From Gnetum montanum (lineage: Eukaryota; Plantae; Gnetophyta): DNA of 64,000 nucleotides. The notes under the pieces are model-generated. The model searched no databases and had not been told where the DNA came from. It was given only the letters and a program-made list of their open reading frames with translations. Location: the NCBI GenBank assembly GCA_015680685.1, contig MNCI01001040.1, positions 392,090 through 456,089 of the forward strand, given 5' to 3'. This document shows, piece after piece, positions 26,111-37,935 of the stretch. Each line of letters opens with the position of its first letter. The first letter of the stretch is position 1. Position numbers and translations under genes: made by a program.

Positions 26111-26241
26111 GGGCATTCCAGGCCTGGGCATCTAGCTAGCATGAAAAGTAAAATGATGCAACATTGAGAGTATACAAATAAGAAATTGTACAAACAAAAA
26201 TGCTAAAAAAATAAATAAAAGATGCTCACTGATAGTGAGCC

Positions 26242-29200
26242 CTAATCGTGTAATTGTCTCCTAACCCGATGTGACTTAGGTGAGGTGTATAGCTTGGAAG
26301 TCTTGAGATGATATTCTTCTAAGCTATCATCCGCCGTTTGAAAGGGTGATTCAGCCCACATGGTTTCTTTTTGTAAGTTGGTGGTTTTGGCTGACTCATT
26401 GGCTGAACATCAAATTTCAGTATGGATAGGTAATATGTCCTCAGAGATTTCTATCTCTAATCCTTGCTCCATGTTTATATTGTTTATAGCCCTAGGGGCT
26501 ACATCATCACCAAAAATCACCACCTCTTCGCCTACGTAGTGTAGGTGGATTTCTTGGTGTATAGGTGAGGAGATAGCCCTTAACTGGGCTAACCATGATC
26601 TTCCCAAGATCAAGTTAAATCCTAGCATTTCCTCCACCACGATAAGTTCTGCATTGGTGGGAAACTAGTCCCATACCACAAAATTAATCATAATAGTCCC
26701 TTTAACCACGACAAGTGCCCCATTGAATGACTTTAAACAAGAAGTTTTTGTGGGCTTAATCTGATCTACTAGGACCAACTTGTCAACAATGAGAAATGGA
26801 ATCACATTAGTTGCAGCTTCGTCATCAACATGCATCCTACAAATTTTGTAATGACCTGCATAGATTGTTATAAACATGGGGGCAATTGTTACCTAACCTT
26901 TTTTCAGGGTCAACTTTGATGGCTTTGTCATGAAAAACTAGATGAGCTAGCTAGGATTCTATCTCCATAGATGGAAGCATAACAGCATGGATGGCTCTCT
27001 CCTCTACTGGCATGTTTTCACTAATAAGGATGGATGCCAGCATACGAACCAAAGCTTCACAATGGGCCACAAAAGTCATTATTAAATCATACAAGCTTAA
27101 TGTTGTATTTTTTTTGTTTCAAATCCTGTCTAACTTGTGAAAGCACATCTAGAAAGTCTTATCCACCATCTAGTTGTTTGCTGATTTTTGCTTCTTCTAT
27201 ATGCCCTAGAAGACGAATCTCCCAAGGAGGTGTGGCTTTGGACTGGACAATGACCTTTTTTGGATCGGGGGGTGGGGAGGTGTGGGATAGTTGCATATGT
27301 GTGTCAACACCAGTGTCTTTTGCTAATGAGGTCATAGGAATTGCTAAAAAATGGGTGGGCCTCAGGGGTCCTAATGCAATACATTCTCTAGCCAACCTAT
27401 CTACTAGGCATTCATTACATTTCCTTGGATGAGAAGGTTGGGATGTAGTTCCCACCACTAGACTTTGAATGGGTGATGAATGTGTAGGCTTTAGTACCCT
27501 TATAATGAAGGGTGTCTATGTTGTTGGGGCAGTGCGTTGAGGGACATTTAATACGAAAGGGGTAACAAGCCCTTGTGGTGATGTCTTAATGACAAAAGAG
27601 AAATGTTGTTGTGTTGTTGAAGCTTCAACCCTCTAAGAAGGCACATGGACTACAAATGGCTTGTGTGTGGACTCCATATTATCATTAACGCTAATAGCTT
27701 TGATAGTGTAGCCTGGACTATTGGCATTCAATGGGTCTTTGTAAACATTCATCAACTAATTTTTGGGTCAAATAGGACTGGTTTCATCAAGGACCAATTT
27801 ACCTTAATCAATCATGCATTGAATGTCATCTTTTAATGGTAGGAAATAGTTAGTATCATGATTTCACAATTGGTGATAGTTGCAAAATCGTTCGAGCCTA
27901 AAATTTTTAGGCATAGGAGGCTTGTTAGGTGTGGCTATAGAGGGGTCACAAAGGATTTCATAATATCTCTCATGCCACTTACGAGCCTCTGCTAACATTC
28001 TCTTAAACTAGAATATGTCCAACATTTAGGAGTTGGTCCAACAGCTCTGATAACTTAATTAGCAATGGAGTATATTTGGAGCGATCCTTACACTTAAAAT
28101 TTTTCCTTGGTGTAGTTTGTGTCATGGCCATCGACGTTGTAGGTTGGCTAACCCCCGTGTTGCTAGAGCTTGATTCTTTGGTAGCGATAGTTGTGGCTTT
28201 AGGTACTTTGGTAGGTTGTTTGTTGTTGGGCATAGTTTCATTGAACACAGCGGCCACAATGGCCTTTCCCTTTTCTTTCTCTTTCTTCGTGTATGCATTT
28301 TTGTAAGTTACGTAAGCCAAGTCTTTACTTGCTTCTACTGCATCTTGTATACTTTTTGTTTGTGCAAAAGCTTGACTAAGGGAATGTAGCACTAGGTAAT
28401 ATAACCTAGATTTGATGAAATCATTTACAACCCCTTTAAAGATAGCAAGTAGATGGGATTTGGCGATCAGTTCATAGATTTCATTTAGAGTAGCACTCCA
28501 GCATTGTATAAATTTTTTAACAATTTCTAATGGTTCTTTTTTAATATTCATAATCTGATCTAGGGTAATTTCTGACTTCAAGTTATACTTGAAGTGAGTC
28601 ATAAATTGGCTCAACAATTCTTCTAACTTTGAAATTGATGCACAAGGAAGCGTGTGATACCAATCCAAATCCTTGCAAGTCAAGGACATGGCAAAGACAC
28701 AAATGATGACATGTGTCCATGATTGTAATAACAAGGATTTAGATCTAAAGGTAACTAGGTGGGCGTTCAAATTTCCCTCTTCATTGTATTTTGTAAACTA
28801 GGGAAGTTGCACCCCAGGGGGCAATGTAAGTGGAGGAAAAACCGAGCTGATTAGGTCATCATGGTAAAAGTCCATTACTTGGACCATTTTAGAACCAGTA
28901 GCTTTAAGCTGCTTAACTTCATCCATGAGGGTTTGGATAAGCTAAAAGGCTTGGTCCAGTCCTAGAGATGTTACAGGAGGTTGCATGAACTAGAATGCTT
29001 GTGGAGTTGCCAAAGCTGCCATCATTGGAGGTGCTACTAGTGTAGCAACCAATCCCATCGAAGGTGTTGTGGGGGTGACTCCCACTAATGGGACCACCTG
29101 AGCAGCCCATAGCCTAGTGGGTGGTGCTACTGGAGTGGCTACCATTGGTGGTGCCATGGGAATGGTTACATGCCCAGTTGCTAGGATGGCCCATAGCCCC

Positions 29201-30073
29201 GTGGTTGATTACACCATGTGTGATGCTTAATACGTGTGGGGCTACACATATTGCAGCATCTAAGATGCTTGAACCATAGGAAAAGAAGTTGCTGGCCACC
29301 ACACAGTTGAGGTGGGGCCTACTATTGATGATGAAATGGATACAAAGGACGTAATAGAAGCGGACTTATATACAATTATGATGTGGGCATGATATGCACA
29401 TAGGGCAGTGTAGGCATCACAAACATTGAATGTGCAACTTAAATGGACTAAGAAGGAATGATAAAGGGGAATAAAGTCGAAGGACCTGCATGCTTTTGTG
29501 ATAATAGCAGTTGATAACTACCCATCACCATGGAGGGTTTGGGATGTGGCAGTGTTGTGGTAGTCATAAAAGAAGTAGAAGATTGTGACTAGCGTGAATG
29601 AAAGATGGAGTAGACTGAGTAGCTATAGTATAGATAGGGCCACCACCTTTAGAGTGGGATTCTAACTCCTCTTGCCCATCATGAAGGGGCTCATCATAGT
29701 GAGATGTGGTGTCCCATTCTCTTGACCCATCCAATTGCACAAGTTGTTTTAACAGCCATTGAAAGATTTTAGTGAGTAGGATGGTGGTCTCAAGAGTAGG
29801 AAGGAACTTCCTTCTGTTTTGATGAATAATTTCAAAATTACGCTTTTCCTCAAATTCATGACAATCTAATGGTAGGTTTTCTTGGACTTTTACACATAAG
29901 AAGTTGTATCGCTCTTCGTCATGAGGCATACGTTTGGGCGATTTATGTTGTAGCCAAAGAGACTACTACGGTATCCATATTGGACTAAGTGGTTGCTCGT
30001 GATCCATCCCATGTTGTAGGGGATGAGCTATTTCTAGGACGAAAGTGGTGGGTGAGGTGTTGGGTGGATTCAT
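26242..30073 (-). pseudogene. gag: gag-protease of Tat-B, decayed
   Basis: Gag core (LP*FTKYNEEGNLNAHL..F..DWYHTLP), Tat-type CxxHxxxxH knuckle (~27850-27890), protease RMHVDDEAATNVI..FNLILGRSWL. Candidate ATG 30073, stop 26242-26244. Confidence 0.9.
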
Positions 30074-30487
30074 CCTTGTTGTATCAAAGAGGATGTGCAT
30101 AGTATAGGAGTGAATGGGAAATGGTGAAATATAGTAACTTTTGCACTAACGCCCCTAAAATAGTAGTTTACACTGTTATGCTACACTGGGGGGAACTGCT
30201 ACACTAACAAAAAGGTGTTATGCTATAGATGTTACACTGTTCATGCTACACTACATGGAATAGAGATAACATAACATAGTAGAAAATGCTAGGCTTTCCA
30301 TGCTACGGATTTCTAGTGGAACTGTCAATAGGGACCAGTCTGCATTGATGTAGATGTAGACCACTCCTGCACTAGCCTAAAAGCCAACTACTACCATAGC
30401 AGGTCCACAGGGGAGTTATATCTACGTTATCTTGTTGCTACTGGTGAGGGTGTAGAAAGCATGTAGGAATACCCATAACACATAGAA

Positions 30488-30516
30488 CGGAGGTTCAAGC
30501 CCTCATTCTAGTGCCA
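30488..30516 (-). promoter_or_regulatory. Primer-binding site of Tat-B complementary to tRNA-Asn(GUU), unusually long
   Basis: + strand cggaggttcaagccctcattctagtgcca resembles the plant tRNA-Asn 3' end (recalled as CGGAGGTTC(A/G)A(G/C)CCCTCCTTCTAGCGCCA); lies 7 nt from the LTR end. Confidence 0.8.
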
Positions 30517-30523
30517 AAAAAAC

Positions 30524-32606
30524 TGTAGCATTCGAAAATGTCAATGGTTGGAACACCAAAACGTCATCAGGTGCACAACCTACCCCGAGTCTACAGGAGG
30601 GTCATGCTAGAGAATATAGAAATGGGGTGCCCTAGGTAGTCTGGTCAATTAATCAAGGACTTACGTGGTGTCAAATAACCATTCGTAGATAATAGTTTTA
30701 GCACATTACACATAGAAGTTGAAACAAGTAAGAACGTAGCATGCACAACAACAGAAGCATATCAAAATACATAATAGTGGCAATAAACACAAATAAATAC
30801 ATGATAGTGCAACATGTATGCTATAGAAAAGTAAAATGAAAATTTGAGTAAGGAAATGAGCCACCCCAAGATTGGGGGACTTGACTTTTGATTGAATGAT
30901 GAATGTGTACAACTAGAAAGTAGCGTTGGACAAACATATCTAGGTAGTGGAGCAATATGGTCATAGCTTCTGGGATGCTACAGACATGGTGTTGATAGGC
31001 ATGAATGAGCTGATGCTTGCTGGACAAAGAGCTGTTACGCTAGAGTTAAAGAGATATTTGGAAGGCTCTAATGCTAGGATTTGCCGCTCATCAACCTTCT
31101 TCTCACCAATCTGTTGTCAAATCCAACTACAAAAGCTAACTCTTAGAATGTCATTTACTGGGGTATTTATAGAGCCTAGGGTTTAGAAAGAGATGTGGTT
31201 TGGATGCCACATGTCCTAGGTCCCATGTAGCACGAATGTGGACTTCTCACGCTGGTGTGCTATGCTCAAAGTGTGGTGCTACGCTGATATGCTACTCCAA
31301 ATGGAACAACTATCCAACTATGATCACATTGCCCAAACTGCATGTGTCAGAATCTAAGACTACAATGTTTTTACAAGAGTGTCTAGAACAAATGCAAATT
31401 GGAGCCTATGCTCAGGGACTACGTCTTCCCTTCTCTTTCAAGTAGGATCAAGCGTAGGGACAACTTTTGGGGATCAAAAGAGGATGCAAAAAACAAATCA
31501 AACTATTGATCTTGGCTATTGAGGAGAAGCTAGAGTAGAAATGACTGTTGACAACATGTTTTGGAACTTTTGGAGAGGTCCTGAGGCTTTTTCTCAAGTG
31601 TTACGTTGTCTACGCAATTCAGTGTAGCAAAGTAGCATGAACACTGGCTTGCTAAGCTATGCTACACTACACAATGTAGCATAGCATAGCATCCCTCTTT
31701 GTGAATGAATGTTGTCAAAAACTAAAAATATCATTTCGAAACCTAGAAAGACAAGCAACTTCAAAAATTTGCAACCATGCTTTCCACATCAAAAGAGCTT
31801 GAGACCTCCCGATTTCATTCTTGAGACACTTTTGTCCTTGATATGCCTACTACATTGTGCTATGTTGTGTAGCATAGCATAGTGTAGCACCTAATTTTGA
31901 ATGAATTTTACATTAATCTACACTACTCTACCATGGGACCTTGATCATGTTTTGAGGGTAAAGTGAGACAATTAGCTTTGGAGGTTGAAGAATGGTGAAG
32001 TGTGTTTTCCATGTTAAAACAAATTGATGGAGGATTTTGTTAATGTTGGCACCCTAATCCGTTGTGTAGCATAGCACAATGTAGCATCCAAAATAGGATG
32101 AATTTTTTGCCACTTGCCAGATTTTTCCATGTCATGCTAACCATACTCCGAGGATGCAACAGGACAGGTGTCCTTGGAAGTCAAAAATTACCCAAATTCT
32201 TAGAAAACGTTTCAGCACCACATGGCCTACTATGCTATCTACATTGTACAGTGTAGCATAGTGTAACAAGTCAAAAATAGAAAATTTTCCAAACTATTTT
32301 GCACATCCTAAACACTTTTGACTACTCTTAGCCTGGTACTTGGGTGGACCGATGACCAAGATGACTTGAAAGATAGAAAATTTGCTAAACTGCATCGTCC
32401 ACCTCCAATAATCTGTTTTTGTAAACTGTCCTTACAACTAGATGCTATCTTAACTCTGCTAAGGAATGTAACAGACAAGCGCAAAGAAAACTTTGCAGGT
32501 GTTTGAACTTCCAGGGTGCCATGCAATCTGTGTAGCCCATCATGACACCACATTTAGAGAAATTTTACGTAAGTCTTAATGCTTGGACAAATCTAGTATT
32601 GAGTCA
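30524..32606 (-). repeat. 5' LTR of Tat-B
   Basis: Direct repeat of 12824-14914; adjacent to the PBS; outer terminus is degraded. Confidence 0.93.
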
Positions 32607-33565
32607 TAAGAGTCAAAAATTAATGGTATTTCATTTTGTTATTTTGTGAAAGAAAATATGACCTCTCTGGCACTTGGATTCAACCTCACATGTAGCTATG
32701 TTCTTTGGGCCAAGAAAATGGATCCACTCTCACCCATCAAACTAATTTTTCAAGCCACCTCATTAAGGTGACTCATGGCTAGTTTGTAGATGGATGGATC
32801 CTTTCCACCCATGCCTGCTCATTTCTCTTATTCACTCAAGAGCCATTCTTTATATACTCACAACCATTGGGTAATTTCAATGATGTCTGGCATAATTGTT
32901 TGAGTCGTAGGTGGAGATGGTGGTTGCTACTCCTCTTCATGAATAGTTATGATGGGCATTTTATCCTTAATAATTTCTACCTAATTGGAAACTAGAATAG
33001 TTCTGACAGTGTCATTGGTGTACCAAACTATTCCTCCCCTTAGATAAAGTTTCTTGATGAGGCATAGAAAGGGGAGTTCCTTCCTTTTGCATTCATTTTC
33101 TTTAAACTGCTTCTCCATCTCTAGATAGATCATCTATGGAAGGTTGACTAAGAATCTTTCACTCAAAGCAATCCATGGTCAGGCAAAGAAGGTAGTGATT
33201 TTGCTTAGCCTCACCATGGGATTGAGATGGAAGGCTGCAATTGTATAATGGATCCTCCTTATTGGTGTGAGTGCATCAAATTCCTTGTGATCAAAAACAT
33301 AACAATGCTGCACCCATTCTTTCTTTATGCTTAGATCCACCTACATTAGAATTCTAGTAAGATTTTTCCTTGTTTCGAGTAGCCCAAGTGCTGCAACAAT
33401 GGCTTAAACCAAGTAGGATACTAAGATGTCCTTGATTTTCATCATTACTCTACGCTACCTATTGTTCTAGAATAGGAATGTTTCTCCCATGTACTAGTCC
33501 CTAGTGAAAGTGATGATTGGCCACTTGAAAGAGGCCTTCAATTGGTCCTATACTTCTCTTGATGC
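32607..33565 (-). pseudogene. Middle part of the Athila 3' extra ORF (continues from 37056-~37400 after removing the solo LTR)
   Basis: Joining across the gatgc/ggtgc TSD gives a continuous coding-like frame (..ELNFDPFLEHAPSREV*DQLKASFKWPII..). Confidence 0.55.
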
Positions 33566-36500
33566 TGAAACACCACCAAATTTAGGCAATAACACCTCAA
33601 TGGCAAATTTGTCTAAGTGTTAACATGAAGCAAATTTTTTTTGAATGTCTAGTCCATGCTTCCACTACTAGGACTATGCTCTATAGCATAGTCAGCATAG
33701 CATGCATCACAAAGCTAGATTTGCAAAATTTTCAAAGTGTTAACAACAATTGCAAAAGTTTTTTTAAGTGTCATGCTACACTTCCATTCTCTCGCTACAC
33801 TCTAGAGTGTAGTTAGTGTAGCATGCACTTCAGTGGCTAGTTTGCCTAAGTGTCAAGCTAGGAGCCATCAAGCTAGCTCAGCATGGAAGAAATAGTTTGG
33901 CAGATTTTCTAACTCCTGGGGCTACCCCTTCTACTATGCTTCATAGCGTAGCTAGTGTAACTTAGATAAGGACTGCAAGTTTTGCTAATTTTTTCTAAGT
34001 GTCAATGCTATGCTCTAACTTTTCCTACTATGCTCTAGAGCATAGTTAGTGTAGTTGGCATTGGACTTTAATTCTTGTAGAATTTGCCTAACTGTTAGGC
34101 TATGCTCCAGAGCATAACTAGCATAGCAATGTAGGATAGCCTCCAAAAGCTTCCAAAGCTCAACACCAATCTTTGAAACACCACAAAATGTTGGGTCTCA
34201 GCATCTCAACTACAAATTTAGCTGTGTCAAAATGGTGGCACTTTGCCCAAATTTTTCCAAGTGTTGAGTGGAGTTAGCTGCAACTGCCGTATTTGCACTT
34301 TTTTTCTAAGTGTTAGAACAATGGCACTTCCTAGAAATTTGTCTAAGTGTCACAACTTGGAAAATTTTCCTAAGTTTTGGTGCTATGCTCCCTAGCATAG
34401 CCAATGTAGCATACATTGAGCCCTGTTTTGCAAGATTTTTCTAAGTGTCAATAGCAGTTTCATAAAAAAATTTCTAAGTGTCCTGCTATGCTCTCACTCT
34501 ACCTACTACACTCCCTAGTGTAGCTAGCATAGCACACACTTCCATGACCAATTTGCCCAAGTGTTAAGCCAGAAGTGGTCAAGGGTCTCTTGGGATGAAT
34601 GAAATAGTTTGGCAAATTTTCTATCTCTTCAGTTGCTATGCTCTATTATGCTCCATAGCATAGCAAGCATAACATAGGTTCCAATACCCAATTTTTCCTA
34701 AGTGTTGGACAAGGATCTATCAAGCTAGCTCGACATGGAAGACACATTTGGTAGATTTTCTAACTCTTGAGGCTAACCCTCCTACTATGCTCTAGAGCAT
34801 AGCTAGTGTAGCAAGAGCAAGGATTACAGTCTTCACCAGATTCTTCTAAGTGTTCATGCCACACCACATGGGATGAGTGTAGCAACCAGTGTCCTATGTC
34901 CCGCATGTAATACAAGACAAGCATAGCAGCCAATGTTCCATGTCCTACATGTAACATGGGATGAGTGTAGCAAATAGTGTCCCATGTCCCACATGTAACA
35001 TAGGATGAGCATAGTGACCAGAGTTAGAAAATTTTTGAACTTTTTCTAGTCACCTTCGAACATAAAAATTTTCTAAATTTTTCTTCTGGTCCCACCTATC
35101 GCACTACCACATTGCACCCAATCTACATTTTGGGCTAACCCTAGCAGTATAAATTCCCCTACACCCCAATGTTTTAGGGGGGTGGGTTAGCTTCCATTTT
35201 TCACAAGTTGTGTAGTTAGCACATTCATTTTGGCATTTGGCATTTTGGCATCTTGGCACTTATCTCCATGGGAAAATGATACCTAGAGCACACCACACCA
35301 GTAGAGAGGGATCCCTACATCACATCGTACACAATGGCCCTATTGCAACCTTGCACCGCATAGTACACCGCAGCTCCATTGTAGTCCTGCACCACATGGT
35401 ACACCATAACCCCATTGCAACTTCCCAAAATACCACATGGTACATCGTGGTGGCCAACTCAATTGGCAAGTTCATCATGGCAAGCACCAGACTTCACAAC
35501 CCGAAAACATCAAGATTTTGACTACACTTCCACTATGCTTGTTGTGCACTATATACTTTCTAAGATCCTTTTGGAGTTAACTACATCCCCATTTGTGGTG
35601 GTACACTTTTTTTCTCAAGTTTCATTGCATTTCTCAAGAATTTCTTTTTGGTATTCAATGTAACACTTGTATTTTCTCACTATTTCATACATATTTGCAC
35701 ATTTACATCGTTGTTCCTAGGTAGGGACACCCTGCTATGCTCTACCTTAGTCAACCCTAGTGCCTACATGTAACTCTACATAAACTCGACCCCCCACACA
35801 CAATTTTGTTAACACCATGTAAGTCTCTATCTAATCAGCCAGACCATTCAAGGCACCTCATTTTCGTTTTCCAACATGGCCCTCACATGGATTTGAGGTT
35901 AGGTTGTACATCCACTAACCTCTCGATGTTCCATCCACTGATGTTTTTGGTTGTTACAATCTTTATCTCAACTTCAACATTCCTCTGGCAAACATGATTA
36001 GCAAGTTGTATTTCTTTTGCACCCCCCATTTGTCCCAAAATTGTACATATTCTTAATCCCACTCGAAAGAGGGAAGCACGTAGTCCCAAAGTGTAGCCTC
36101 CAAATTGCATTGTTTTGCACTATTTGTAGGTACATTGTGGTCTTTTCAACTTTGGCACATGCAGTCTTGGTAGCACAGTCACAATCTAGTAGCCTCTCGA
36201 GGTCAATTAAAGCACACTAGAGTGTAGCACCAATTGCTTCAATGGGAGCATAGTTGGGCTAGCATAGCCTCAACTACCCCTTTTGCAACATGGTGCCTGA
36301 TCCACATTTCAAATCAACCCTAATCCTATAAATACCCCTACATTTCATATTTTAAGGGTTGGTAAATCAAAAGCATGGTTGGAAGTCCTTGCATTCAATT
36401 GGCAAACCCAAACATCATTTAGCATTTGAGGCATTTGAAGCACCCTGCACCCCTAGAACACTTCGTACCTTGGAAACACCTTTGCACACCACTCAACATC

Positions 36501-37055
36501 GCAGCACACTATAGCTCATAGGACACGATGGTAGCCAACCCAGTAGGCACAAACTTCATAGAGGATGTTAATTTCCATAGCCTAGACACCCCAAAGACTG
36601 TGAATACACTACCTATTGTGCCTATTTGTACACTGCGTAGCTCCTCACCTCTCCTTTACAATTACTACACTCCCCCCATTTGGGGTGGTGACATTCTTCC
36701 TCTATTAAACTCCTTTACATTTTCAAGCATTTTCTTTGGCATTTAGCATGCACTTTCATTTTTTTTATTTTGCACATATTTTCATGTTTGCACTATCGTT
36801 CTCACACCAGGAAACCCTGCCACACTCAGGCTTAGTTAGCCCCAATACCACCAAAGACATAGTGCAAATCCCTAGCACTTATTTGTCAAAATAATCCATA
36901 AGTCTTGGTTTGATTAATAAGATTTTCTCTAGCACTCTACCTCTATTTTTCCCCTCTAGTGATGATCCTTTAGACAGGGGTGTAGTTAGGACTATACTAT
37001 AGTCATGGACCCCTCGACGTGATCATTCCAACCATTGACATTTTCAGTCGCTATA
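33566..37055 (+). mobile_element. Solo LTR of the Tat family (33566-34173 + 35964-37055), interrupted by a second solo LTR
   Basis: TGAAACACCACC start; ...GTCGCTATA end (TACA decayed); TSD GATGC/GGTGC with one mismatch; no internal domain. Confidence 0.9.
34174..35958 (+). mobile_element. Nested solo LTR of a related Tat subfamily
   Basis: TGAAACACCAC...GTTACA termini with perfect TSD ATCTT (34169-34173, 35959-35963). Confidence 0.92.
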
Positions 37056-37400
37056 GGTGCATGCTCCAAGAAAGGGTCAAAATTTAACTCCTAGAGCACT
37101 AATTTTTGGACATCCCTTGATTTAATCTAATTTAGGTAAGCCTCTATTAATTTCACCTCAAGATTTACTGCTTGCACTAGCACATCATCATGATGGGAGT
37201 GTTTTGTTGCTACTGGTGTTGGCTCTAAAATCAATTTGATAGATTCCACTTCTGTCTCTTCCCTGAGAGCACCTATGGCATGGGTTGCGAGTGGTCCTTC
37301 TTGGGGCTATTCTTGGCCTCTTCCTATTCTAGACCATTTCTCCCTTGGTTGGGATACTCCTACTTCCTACGTGTGCTTTCCTTTTTGTACCATTTGTAGT
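37056..37400 (-). pseudogene. N-terminal part of the Athila 3' extra ORF
   Basis: Coding-like frame GALREETEVESIKLILEPTPVATKH..VNLEVKLIEAYLN, contiguous with 33565 after solo-LTR removal. Confidence 0.5.
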
Positions 37401-37835
37401 CATAACACATTCATGGATTAGTAGATGTAATGTGTAACATTAAAGTTTTGAGTACCCTTTCTATTAGTTAGTTAGTTACACCTTGGCTAAGGTCTGACCA
37501 TGGTAGATTGATTATTTTATTAATTATTTATTATAATTATCACTGAAGCTTGTTTAAAAGGTTTAACTCTTGTACTTTAGTATTTAATAGTTGATTTTTC
37601 AATTAAACCTTTGTGGGAGTTAGAAAAATTTACAAAAAAAAAATTGGAAAAAATGGTAAATTTGTGACCCCCATGATGAAGAGCTTGCCTCTAGTAGTTG
37701 TAGGGTTGAAGAATGTAGTGATTTGGATAAATAGTTTGTAAGTTATGGGCTCTGGGAGGTTCTGGGCTCTAAAAATTTGAAAAACTCCTATGGCATTTGT
37801 GAGAAAATATAAAATTTTCTAAGTGGGATGGCATC

Positions 37836-37935
37836 TATTTATACTATTTTTTTCTTACATCAATGAGGCCCCATATATGAGGCCTTGTATATGGGTTAGC
37901 TCCATCAACAAGGCCCCTTATACAAGGCCCATTGG
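37836..37935 (-). promoter_or_regulatory. Internal LTR-U3-like promoter in Athila (GGGGCC repeats + TATAAATA) upstream of the extra ORF
   Basis: tatttata 37836-37843 followed by ggcccc/catcaacaaggcccc repeats, the same arrangement as LTR 10870-11030 and 46013-46165. Confidence 0.55.

Larger units (their letters stand above)
12824..32606 (-). mobile_element. Full-length Tat-clade Ty3/gypsy LTR retrotransposon, copy B (~19.8 kb)
   Basis: LTRs 12824-14914 and 30524-32606; PBS 30488-30516; PPT 14919-14927; gag-PR 26242-30073; pol 16902-20374. No matching TSD (gtttg vs taaga). Confidence 0.95.

Noticed and set aside
30488-30516. tRNA-Asn gene
   Set aside because: Only the 3' ~29 nt including CCA is present next to an LTR, so it is a PBS rather than a tRNA gene.
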